A stretch of DNA of 42,200 nt from the NCBI GenBank assembly GCA_964474435.1, contig CAYYSI010000001.1:1-42200 (forward strand). Reading direction: 5' to 3'. A program made the translations under genes and the position numbers. This DNA comes from an uncultured Candidatus Saccharibacteria bacterium (GTDB taxonomy: Bacteria; Patescibacteriota; Minisyncoccia; Phycocordibacterales; UBA9973). The stretch's first letter is position 1. Each line of letters begins with the position of its first letter. This document shows, piece after piece, positions 1 to 8,675 of the stretch. The notes under the pieces are model-generated. The model saw nothing but the letters and a program-made list of their open reading frames with translations, was not told where the DNA came from and did no database searches.

Positions 1-37
1 ACACCGCAAAAGAAAGATATTCAACTAATGAATAAAT

Positions 38-667
38 ATGAAAAAGATAGGTGAGGGGTACTATTACAATGTATACGATCTTGCTAATAATCGAGTCTTG
101 AAAAGACAGAAGAGTAGATTTCGTATTTTTCTCTTTATTTTGTTTTCCAGGAAATTCAAGCCAGACTTTTTTCGAGAATATAAAAATGTCTTGCGTGTTA
201 TTCCTACACTTCAGTTTTTGTATAAAAGAATAGTGGAGTCTGGTTTTAATCTTGATCTCTTGGGAAGGCCTACGTTTGGCAAAGGTATTGAGTATGAACA
301 AGATAAGGTGATAACTATACGAAAATTTATTAAAAGCTATTCAGATAGAGAAACAGAAAATCTAATCGAGAGTTTTATAGAACTCATGCATGAGTTGTGG
401 AAGTATGGTATGTCAGATGAGGTGTACAACTTTACAATTAATAATGCGGTAGATGATAATGGAAGAGTGGTTCTTATCGATTTTAATGAGGTTACATTTG
501 ATAAAGCAAAAGTTGAAAGTGATATCAAAAATGAGATATGGCTAAAACGATGGTCATATACTCATTTAAAACCTGTTGCGCAAAGATATTATAAGAAAAG
601 AATGAGAGAGGAATTAAACACTATCAAGCTAAATCTTTTATGGGGCAAGAGTATTAGAAAAGTTTAG
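38..667 (+). CDS. Hypothetical protein, probable atypical protein-kinase-like fold
   Basis: 209-aa AT-rich ORF; N-terminal IGEGYYYNVY (Gly-loop-like), VLK lysine, and NN...VVLIDFNE resembling the catalytic-loop/DFG region of PK-like enzymes. Confidence 0.5.
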   Translation: MKKIGEGYYYNVYDLANNRVLKRQKSRFRIFLFILFSRKFKPDFFREYKNVLRVIPTLQFLYKRIVESGFNLDLLGRPTFGKGIEYEQDKVITIRKFIKSYSDRETENLIESFIELMHELWKYGMSDEVYNFTINNAVDDNGRVVLIDFNEVTFDKAKVESDIKNEIWLKRWSYTHLKPVAQRYYKKRMREELNTIKLNLLWGKSIRKV

Positions 668-1452
668 TGCGAATTATCTATGATCACTGTAATCGGGGAT
701 GAGGTCTTGGTATTGCCGGCCGCATCAGTTGCCTTTGCGGTCACGCTGTAGGTGCCTGATGGGGTTTGTATCGTATCCCAGTAGAGTGTGTTGGGATTTA
801 CATTTCCACTGACGATGTTTAGGAGTGTGTTGTCACGATAATACTCAACTTTTTGAATAGTACTGTTTCCGGAGAATGCCCAGACTTTCAATGTGGCTCC
901 AAGGGAGCTTTGAGTATAGGTGATGGGTCCTGTTGTTTGGAGGTCGATATTGAAGTTCATGAGTGAGATCATATTTGGCACTGCGCTTGGATCACGCGTT
1001 GCATTGCCGCATGTTTTGGGTCCTGTAGTTGCAAGCAGTCCGTCGGTACCTCTGGACGCACCTTCGGCATCGACACACCAGTATTTGGTAGGAGCGACTT
1101 TGAGTGGAAAAATCGCAACAAAGCCGTTGGTATCTGCGATGTATTGGTATGCAGTGCCATTGTCGGCCGTTGTGTATCCAAGGCTGAGCGCAAGTTTGTC
1201 GAGCTGTGTTTGCGCGGCACTGCCGACTGTAAAGGTGTTTGCATACTGTCCAGCATAGTCTTGGGCGGCAACGGTGCGGACTGAGGAGAGCACCTTTTTG
1301 GTTGAGGCATCAACTGCTTTTTTGCGAGCATCGCCAGTGAATGCCATGACGATAAGTACGAGAACAGTGAGGATGGCTATCGTCACCAAAACTTCCAGGA
1401 GACTAAAGCCGCTAGATCGATACCGATATATCTTTGGATGCTGGGCATTCAT
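664..1452 (-). CDS. Type IV pilin-like protein with C-terminal bacterial Ig-like domain
   Basis: Class III signal G|FSLLEVLVTIAIL; pilin body with YWCVDAEG motif like the other pilins; C-terminal KVEYYRDNTLL...WDT...GTYSVTAKATDAAGNTKTS is Ig-like. Confidence 0.85.
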   Translation of the reverse strand: MNAQHPKIYRYRSSGFSLLEVLVTIAILTVLVLIVMAFTGDARKKAVDASTKKVLSSVRTVAAQDYAGQYANTFTVGSAAQTQLDKLALSLGYTTADNGTAYQYIADTNGFVAIFPLKVAPTKYWCVDAEGASRGTDGLLATTGPKTCGNATRDPSAVPNMISLMNFNIDLQTTGPITYTQSSLGATLKVWAFSGNSTIQKVEYYRDNTLLNIVSGNVNPNTLYWDTIQTPSGTYSVTAKATDAAGNTKTSSPITVIIDNSH

Positions 1453-1553
1453 AGGATAGTACTCCTTTATACTACCATATTTGCATACATGGTACAGACA
1501 GAGGTGCTATACTGTCTAAGTAATCACTCATATTAATAGTAAGGAATAAACTA

Positions 1554-1877
1554 ATGGAAAAAAATACAAATGACATGAAGAAAAATCACACGTGCCCAGT
1601 AGATGGACATTGTTGTGAATGTAATGGATGTGGTGGTATGTGTATGCGCGGTGGCAGTCCACGCAAATACTGGCGCCGACATATCCTCGTACTCATCCTG
1701 GGTGTTATCGCGGCATTTTTTGTCGGGATGAAGCTCGGTGAGATCAAAGGATATATGATGGCAAGCTACGGCATGATGCCAATGCGACACCACGGATGGA
1801 TGATGCAAGATGACAAGGATATGCGCGGGGATCCAACCATGATGCCAAACCCGACAACTCCTCCTCCAACACAATAA
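1554..1877 (+). CDS. Small membrane protein with Cys/His-rich N-terminus and Met-rich C-terminus
   Basis: 107 aa; HTCPVDGHCCECNGCGGMCM, one TM helix (HILVLILGVIAAFFVG), followed by a hairpin. Confidence 0.7.
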   Translation: MEKNTNDMKKNHTCPVDGHCCECNGCGGMCMRGGSPRKYWRRHILVLILGVIAAFFVGMKLGEIKGYMMASYGMMPMRHHGWMMQDDKDMRGDPTMMPNPTTPPPTQ

Positions 1878-1880
1878 GAG

Positions 1881-1924
1881 AAATAAAAAACACTCACTCA
1901 GAAAAAACTGAGTGTTTTTTATTT
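1881..1924. terminator. Bidirectional intrinsic terminator between convergent genes
   Basis: Perfect 16-bp inverted repeat aaataaaaaacactca / tgagtgttttttattt with A/T tracts on both sides; overlaps comF stop. Confidence 0.8.
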
Positions 1925-2566
1925 GTTGTACCCATGTGCAAGGGCAATACAGATGATCTTGCGAGCGCCAGTAACTCTAAGGGCGCGTCTCGCTTCATCA
2001 AATGTCGCGCCCGTCGTACTAACATCATCGACGACGACGTAGATTTGGGTGGGATCAAGAGTTGAACCACACTCCATGGTATGTGCAACGTTTTTCAGGC
2101 GTGCACTTCGAGAGAGTCGCGCTTGGGGAAGTGTGAACACAGTTTTGCGAAGGAGTGGACGCACACTGCTACCCGCTATCGCGTGCGTCCACCAAGTCGC
2201 AAGCAACTCACTTTGATTAAATCCTCTACTACGCGCCTTGCTGATGTGTCCCGGTATGGGGACAAAGACCAGAGGTTGCGCGCCGATGCCTTGGAGCAGA
2301 TCAGAAAGATAGTCTTCTATATAGGGTATTGCTGCGTCAGCAAGTGCGCGAGCGCGCTCGCTCCTGCGGTGGTACTTGAGGTCGCGCACGGTCCATTTGA
2401 CGAGCGGGTTGCCATAGTCAAAGACGGCAAAGGTTTTGGCGGGCAAGTCGGGCGCAAGAGGGATAGTATTGATACATGTCGTACAGAGCGCAGACCCAGG
2501 CTTCCCACAGCCATGACAGTGCTCGGGAAAGAAAATCTGTAGGAATGATCGCACCAGGCTACCCAT
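1919..2566 (-). CDS. comF: ComF family competence protein (Zn ribbon + phosphoribosyltransferase domain)
   Basis: CHGC..CTTC N-terminus, RGFNQS motif, PRPP-binding VVVDDVSTTGAT. Confidence 0.9.
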   Translation of the reverse strand: MGSLVRSFLQIFFPEHCHGCGKPGSALCTTCINTIPLAPDLPAKTFAVFDYGNPLVKWTVRDLKYHRRSERARALADAAIPYIEDYLSDLLQGIGAQPLVFVPIPGHISKARSRGFNQSELLATWWTHAIAGSSVRPLLRKTVFTLPQARLSRSARLKNVAHTMECGSTLDPTQIYVVVDDVSTTGATFDEARRALRVTGARKIICIALAHGYNK

Positions 2567-2601
2567 AGGAAATATCTAAATATGCTTTATACTACTACTA
2601 T

Positions 2602-3735
2602 ATGGACAGTATACTCGGGGGATTGAAAAGCGCCTTGTCGGGAATCTTTGGCAAGAAACAGGATGATACGGCAGTAGGTATCGATATTGGTACTTCTGCG
2701 ATCAAAGTTGTCGAGCTCAAAAAAGAAAATGGCCGAGCAGTGCTCTCGACCTATGGTGCGCTTTCGATTGGGCAATACAAAGAAGGTGGATTCCTAGGCG
2801 AAGTGACATCCCTTGATGCGCAAACACTTTCCAAGGCGCTCGTCGACGTGCTCAAAGAAACAAACATTGCGAGCAAAAATGTCGTCGTCGGCATCCCTTC
2901 AGTCTCATGTATTATTTTTATTCTCCAACTCCCGGCCGCGATTGATGAAGCAACACTGCCAACCGTTATCCCAAACGAAGCCAAGAAATTTATCCCGGTA
3001 CCGATCACTGATGTATCACTCGACTGGTATGTGATCCCGCGTCGCGAAGATTCAGGTGTTGCATCACGCGTTATCGCAGAAAGTGGCGGCGAAGCGCAAA
3101 TGTCAGTGCTGGTTGTTGCAACACTGAACGAAACATTGGTGAAGTACACGGAAGTCTTGCAGAAATCAGGATTGCCGATGGACAACCTCGAGATTGAAAT
3201 CTTTAGCCACATCAGATCAGTCCTCACACGTGAACTCTTCCCAGTCCTCATCATCGACATTGGTGCATCCAAGACCAAGCTCACGATTGTGGAGCACGGC
3301 ATTGTCGAAACATTCCGACTGGTCAACCGCGGGAGCCAAGATATGACACACGCGATCTCTCGCAGTCTCGAGATCCCGTTTGATAAAGCTGAGACTATCA
3401 AGAAAGAATACGGCCTCGTCCCAAGTTCTGAGCATCCAACAGTGCCCGACATGATCAAGACACACCTCGTCGACATTTTCCAAGAAGCAAATACAAATAT
3501 CCTTGGGTACGAAAAGCGCTACAACAAAAATATCGGCAAGATCATCTTTACGGGTGGTGGCGCAATGACCAAGGGACTCCTCGAATACGCAAGTCAGAGT
3601 TTTGCAGCAGAGCTCATCATTGCGGATCCATTTTCAAAGGTCGAGTCCCCAGTATTCCTCGCAGGTGTGCTCAAAACAACGGGACCTGAATTCTCGATCG
3701 CGCTTGGGCTTGCACTGAAGCAGTTTCAGCAATAA
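2602..3735 (+). CDS. pilM: Type IV pilus assembly protein PilM (actin-like ATPase fold)
   Basis: VGIDIGTSAIKVVEL, IIDIGASKT, IIFTGGGA, IALGLAL motifs. Confidence 0.93.
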   Translation: MDSILGGLKSALSGIFGKKQDDTAVGIDIGTSAIKVVELKKENGRAVLSTYGALSIGQYKEGGFLGEVTSLDAQTLSKALVDVLKETNIASKNVVVGIPSVSCIIFILQLPAAIDEATLPTVIPNEAKKFIPVPITDVSLDWYVIPRREDSGVASRVIAESGGEAQMSVLVVATLNETLVKYTEVLQKSGLPMDNLEIEIFSHIRSVLTRELFPVLIIDIGASKTKLTIVEHGIVETFRLVNRGSQDMTHAISRSLEIPFDKAETIKKEYGLVPSSEHPTVPDMIKTHLVDIFQEANTNILGYEKRYNKNIGKIIFTGGGAMTKGLLEYASQSFAAELIIADPFSKVESPVFLAGVLKTTGPEFSIALGLALKQFQQ

Positions 3736-3741
3736 GTAAAA

Positions 3742-6711
3742 ATGAGAAAGAAACTTTTATTTACAGTACTTATAATGGTCGGTCTCTTGTTTCTTAAAAC
3801 ATCTACGACTGCTGCTACAACAAATATTTCAGTCGGTGCTTCTGCCGACAAGTCTGCAGTTGTTGGTATTAAACTGTATGTTCCTACTGCGGGATCAGGA
3901 GTTGCGGTTATAGATACAACAACTGATACAGTGGTTACTACTATAGACACGGGCTCTTCGTCTACATTTGCATTTGCATTCGGTACAAAAGTGTACATTG
4001 GCCATAGTACCGGCAGCATATCGGTCATTAATACAGTTGATGACACTGTCGCCAATACCATCTCCTTAAGTAGTAATGGGGGATATATGACTATTGTGGG
4101 TCAGAAACTCTATGCAATTGATGGTAATGCAATAGATGTTATAGATACAACAACCGATACTATCACCACGACAATTCCTGTCAGCACAGGACCATTTTTC
4201 TTTGTCACAATAGGTACTAACGTATATGTTCTTCATTCAGCAAGTAACGATGTCGTGGTCATTGATACTTTGACGGATACTGTCTCTGCGACTATTGATG
4301 TGGGTCATACGGCGTTTTATGGAGTCGCGGTTGGTACGAAGCTCTATAGTATCAGTCGAACACTTGTCACAGCTATTGATACACTGACCAACGTGGTAGG
4401 TGCAGATGTCAGCATTACTTCGGGGTATCAGGCTTCAGTCATTGGTACTAACATATATGTAAACAATGAGTCAGCTCCGGGAACAGTGTCTGTTATTGAT
4501 TCAATCAATCACACCCTTACCACTACAGTATCGGGTGGAGAACGGTTTCCGTATTCTCAGGTTATTGGGACAAAGGTATATGTCAGCAGTACTCGATCAG
4601 ATGAAGTATATGTCATAGATAGTCTCACCAATGCAGTAGTTGATGTTATTGCTGTCGATCCGGGTCCATACTTTTCTACAGCCGTAGGGAAAAAAATATA
4701 TACAAGCAATCATACTGGTGCCAGTGTTAGTGCTATTGATACTACTACTATTCCTTCGCAGCTCCCAAACCTAGTCTCTTTTTCTACTTCATCTCCCGAT
4801 GGTACATATCGCGTGGGGGATAGTATAGAGATAGCGGCAACATTTGGTGAAACGATTGAGCCAGGATCAACAATGACGATTCTACTAAATTCGGGCGCAT
4901 CGGTTGTCTTGAATCAAACCTCTGGATCCGAACTTTCTGGTACATATAGCATCGGCTCTGGTGACTCTTCTCCCGATCTTGCAGTTCGTTCTGTTACTAC
5001 TGCTTCAGTTTCTGATGGGACATACACTCGCACTTCATACGACCTGCCCTCGTCCCAAGGTTCGCTTTTTGCCGAAAATTCCTTTATCACCCGCAGTCTT
5101 GGAGATATAAAAAATATAGTTATTGATACCCGCCCTATTACTATTACGACAGGTTCTCACCCCTACCAAGTTTCCCAGAATATTGGTGGGTATACCTATG
5201 TTGCAAATCAAGGCTCCAATGATGTATCAGTTATTCGACTCTCAGATAATACCGTTGTGGCAACAATCCCTGTTGGACAAGAACCGTACGGTCTTGCATA
5301 TACCAGTGGCAAGCTCTATGTTGCCAACACTCTTTCTAATGATGTCTCAGTCATCAACACTGCAACCAATACAGTGATTCAAACAATAGCCGTTGAAGTG
5401 AAGCCATATTATGTTGCAACGATTGGGACAAATGTATACGTCACCAATGGTGCGTCTAATTCCGTATCGGTTATTGATAGTACAACCGATACGGTCACGA
5501 CGACTATTCCTGTAGGTGCATACCCCCGAGGTATCAAAGCGCACGGCACTGATCTCTATGTTGCAAACTATGGTGACCCAAACTACCCAGGAGGTAATTC
5601 TGTTTCAGTTATTAACTCACTCACGAATACTATCTCTACTACCATTATTCTTCCTCCAGGAAGTGAAGGTCCGCGCGGTGTAGCCGTAGCGGGATCCAAA
5701 GTATATGTTTCAAATTTTAGATCACACAATGTTTCGGTCATCAATACTGCAACGAATGCCGTGGTCGCAACTATTCCCGTGGGAATGGGGCCTCGAGGAA
5801 TAGCAATTGTTGGGTCAAATATCTATGTCGAAAACTTTGATGACGGTACAATTTCAGTCATTAATGCAAATACAAATATGGTGAGCGATACGATTGATGT
5901 AGGACATTCACCATCTGGTATGGGTGTCATTGGTACCGATATATATGTCAGCGCCTTTCAGGATGATGAAGTGCGAATACTGGACACCCTCACAGGTGAG
6001 CTGAAACAAATTCCAGCAACAGCACCTGATGCACCTACTGCACTTAGTGCAACTCCTGGAGAAGCACAAGTTTCTCTCACCTGGACTGCGCCGGCAAATA
6101 ACGGCGCTACGATCACTGATTATATTGTTGAGTATAAACTTTCATCAGACTCAACGTGGACAGTGTTTCCTGACGGCACTTCTGCCGCTGCGACTGTAGT
6201 GGTATTAGGTCTCACTAATGATCTCTCATATGATTTCCGTGTTTCGGCAGTCAATTCTGCAGGTACGGGAGCATCATCAATGACCGCAACCGCAACTCCG
6301 GTTGCTAGCGCAATCCCTTCTCCTTCTGATGAAGATCATTCACCTTCAGGAAGTATTCCCCCCACCGACTGTCTCCCCGGCATGCGCTACTCTCCATCTA
6401 CTGGACAACTGTGTCCCATCATTTCTCCCACAAGTGGTCCCACTGCTCCACTTATACCCACAAAACCTTCATCCCCACCAACCTTCACCCGAACCCTCAA
6501 ACTCGGGTCTTCTGGTTCTGATGTCAAAACACTCCAACAATACCTAAACTCACACAACGTTATTGTTTCAACTGTTGGTGCAGGATCTCCAGGAAAGGAA
6601 ACAACACTCTTTGGTACCAAGACCAAGCTTGCTGTTATCAAACTCCAACTTGCGAACAAATTGAAAGGGGATGGGGTTGTGGGGCCGATGACGAGAGGGG
6701 TGATGAAATAA
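3742..6711 (+). CDS. Large secreted surface protein: two YVTN-type beta-propellers, Ig-like spacer, FN3 and C-terminal peptidoglycan-binding domain
   Basis: Signal peptide; about 8+7 repeats of GxKxYVxN...VSVIDTxTxTVxxTIxVG; FN3 (PDAPTALSA...VSLTWTAP...Y.FRVSAVNSAGTG); PG-binding LKLGSSGSDVKTLQQYLN...DGVVGPMTR. Confidence 0.88.
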   Translation: MRKKLLFTVLIMVGLLFLKTSTTAATTNISVGASADKSAVVGIKLYVPTAGSGVAVIDTTTDTVVTTIDTGSSSTFAFAFGTKVYIGHSTGSISVINTVDDTVANTISLSSNGGYMTIVGQKLYAIDGNAIDVIDTTTDTITTTIPVSTGPFFFVTIGTNVYVLHSASNDVVVIDTLTDTVSATIDVGHTAFYGVAVGTKLYSISRTLVTAIDTLTNVVGADVSITSGYQASVIGTNIYVNNESAPGTVSVIDSINHTLTTTVSGGERFPYSQVIGTKVYVSSTRSDEVYVIDSLTNAVVDVIAVDPGPYFSTAVGKKIYTSNHTGASVSAIDTTTIPSQLPNLVSFSTSSPDGTYRVGDSIEIAATFGETIEPGSTMTILLNSGASVVLNQTSGSELSGTYSIGSGDSSPDLAVRSVTTASVSDGTYTRTSYDLPSSQGSLFAENSFITRSLGDIKNIVIDTRPITITTGSHPYQVSQNIGGYTYVANQGSNDVSVIRLSDNTVVATIPVGQEPYGLAYTSGKLYVANTLSNDVSVINTATNTVIQTIAVEVKPYYVATIGTNVYVTNGASNSVSVIDSTTDTVTTTIPVGAYPRGIKAHGTDLYVANYGDPNYPGGNSVSVINSLTNTISTTIILPPGSEGPRGVAVAGSKVYVSNFRSHNVSVINTATNAVVATIPVGMGPRGIAIVGSNIYVENFDDGTISVINANTNMVSDTIDVGHSPSGMGVIGTDIYVSAFQDDEVRILDTLTGELKQIPATAPDAPTALSATPGEAQVSLTWTAPANNGATITDYIVEYKLSSDSTWTVFPDGTSAAATVVVLGLTNDLSYDFRVSAVNSAGTGASSMTATATPVASAIPSPSDEDHSPSGSIPPTDCLPGMRYSPSTGQLCPIISPTSGPTAPLIPTKPSSPPTFTRTLKLGSSGSDVKTLQQYLNSHNVIVSTVGAGSPGKETTLFGTKTKLAVIKLQLANKLKGDGVVGPMTRGVMK

Positions 6712-6793
6712 ATTGAAAGTGGATTAATCCACTCTTTTCATTATTTTTCCTTGCACATATATAGAGAGTGCATGTATACTTTGTAGTAATTCC

Positions 6794-7438
6794 ATGGAAC
6801 CGCCAATCACTACATCTTTTATTCCAAAGCGCCCCGTCAGCAGTGATCCTATCGCACCAAAAGCACAGAGTCATGCACTCGGTCTCATCTCTCTCCTCGC
6901 AGTCGTGATTGTCATTGCAACTGCAGTATCGTTTGGTGGTGTGTATCTCTACGAGAAACAACTCGTGTCACAAAAAGCAAAATCAGAAGTACTCATTAAT
7001 GATGCAAAGAAGGGGATCGGCACAGAATTCCTCAGTGATATGAAGCGACTCGATGCACGTATCGAAGGTGTGAAGTCATTGCTCAAGAGTCACATCGTTG
7101 TTTCCCCAATCTTTGACGCACTCGAGGAAACAACATTGCGCACGGTGCAATACAAGAGCTTTACCTATTCATTTGTTTCTGATCCTGCAACCAAGGCAAC
7201 TGTCGTACAGGTCACACTGCTCGGTAGTGCCAAAAATTATTCAACCATCGCATTGCAGTCCGATGCCTTTACCAAAAGCTCATTGATCAGAAATCCAGTC
7301 TTTTCAAACCTCACCGTTGATGACAAGACCAATGTTGTTAACTTCAAACTTATGTTTACGGTGGCACCTGCTTCACTGTCGTATGATGCATTTATTAGCT
7401 CACGTATGCCTGCGTCTGCTCAGCAGCAATCATTATGA
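6794..7438 (+). CDS. pilN: Type IV pilus assembly protein PilN-like
   Basis: N-terminal FIPK motif (PilM-binding INLLP analogue), one TM helix, coiled coil, ferredoxin-like C-terminus; position after pilM. Confidence 0.75.
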   Translation: MEPPITTSFIPKRPVSSDPIAPKAQSHALGLISLLAVVIVIATAVSFGGVYLYEKQLVSQKAKSEVLINDAKKGIGTEFLSDMKRLDARIEGVKSLLKSHIVVSPIFDALEETTLRTVQYKSFTYSFVSDPATKATVVQVTLLGSAKNYSTIALQSDAFTKSSLIRNPVFSNLTVDDKTNVVNFKLMFTVAPASLSYDAFISSRMPASAQQQSL

Positions 7439-8007
7439 AGACATTTTTTTCACTACTACTTATAGCTACATCCCTCATTGTCTTTGTGACGGTTATCAGA
7501 CCGCGCTACCAAAACCTGCAAGTGACGCGCAAGGCAGTTGCCGTATCAAATGCAAATCTTGAAACCGCTGCAAAGCTTGCCGAATCTCGTGAGTCATTGA
7601 TCGCGACATACAACACTATTTCCAAAACTGATCTCGATAATGTCAGAACACTCTTGCCCGACAGTGTCGATAACATTCGCCTCATCATCCAGATCAACTC
7701 GCTCGCAACAAAAAATGGCCTTTCATTGCTCCGAAATGTGGATTACCAAACAGAGTCTCCTGATGGTTCACAGCCAACTCAGGCTCCCGAAGCAGCAAAC
7801 CGCCCATATGGTGAGTTTACGATTTCATTCCAGACGACAGGGCAGTATTCCAACTTCCTCGCCTTTGTCGCAGACCTCGAAAAGAATTTGCGCCTCGTGG
7901 ACGTGACCAAAGTCGAGTTTACGACCAACGAAGCTCCGACTGCACAAACACCGGCAAGCAGCCTCAGTTACAAGGTCAGCCTCAAGACGTATTGGCTTAA
8001 AAAATAA
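7435..8007 (+). CDS. pilO: Type IV pilus assembly protein PilO
   Basis: TM anchor, coiled coil, LLP motif, GQYSNFLAFVADLEKNLRLVDV; ATGA overlap with pilN. Confidence 0.85.
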   Translation: MKTFFSLLLIATSLIVFVTVIRPRYQNLQVTRKAVAVSNANLETAAKLAESRESLIATYNTISKTDLDNVRTLLPDSVDNIRLIIQINSLATKNGLSLLRNVDYQTESPDGSQPTQAPEAANRPYGEFTISFQTTGQYSNFLAFVADLEKNLRLVDVTKVEFTTNEAPTAQTPASSLSYKVSLKTYWLKK

Positions 8008-8009
8008 CT

Positions 8010-8675
8010 ATGAATAAGAAACTTAAAACAATTTTGATACTCGTAGTCGTCGTTGTGGTGATCGGCATTGCGGCAAGCTATTTCTTGCAGAACAAAAGTG
8101 CACCAAGTGCTCCGGTAACAAGCGACAACCCACTGAGCGCATCTTCTCGTGCAGCTGGTGTTGCATCGTCCACTGCTCCGCTTGCTCCAGCAACAGAGTT
8201 CTCAGCGTTGCTCTCGACTATTAAAAGCATTTCTATCGATACGTCACTGTTTACCAATGCATCGTATTTGAGCTTGCGAGATTTCCCAATCACACTCGGT
8301 ACCGAAATCATTGGTCGCCCAAACCCATTTGCACCGATCGGCTATGATGCAGCAAGTAGTACTACGACAACTGATACTCCTATCCAGTTTGAAACACTTC
8401 AGCCAGGCAAGGTCACGAGTACGACTGCAGAGTTTGGCGGACAAGGACTCCTGAGTAATACTGCACAATCAAGTGTCGTGTTTGAATACGGAACGAGTGA
8501 TCTCTTTGGTAGTGCAACACCCCCGGTATCTCTCGGTAAAAATGGCACTGCACTCTTTACTGCAAGTGGTCTCACACCTGCAACGATGTACTATGTTCGT
8601 GCCGTATTGGTGCAAGGGTCGAACACCACCGTGGGTAACACCATGACCTTTACGACGACTGCAAAAACACGATAA
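8010..8675 (+). CDS. Membrane-anchored protein in PilP position with C-terminal FN3-like domain
   Basis: TM helix, Ser/Ala/Pro linker, GRPNPFAP (PilP-like RxPF motif), then FN3-like FEYG...SGLTPATMYYVRAV. Confidence 0.7.
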   Translation: MNKKLKTILILVVVVVVIGIAASYFLQNKSAPSAPVTSDNPLSASSRAAGVASSTAPLAPATEFSALLSTIKSISIDTSLFTNASYLSLRDFPITLGTEIIGRPNPFAPIGYDAASSTTTTDTPIQFETLQPGKVTSTTAEFGGQGLLSNTAQSSVVFEYGTSDLFGSATPPVSLGKNGTALFTASGLTPATMYYVRAVLVQGSNTTVGNTMTFTTTAKTR

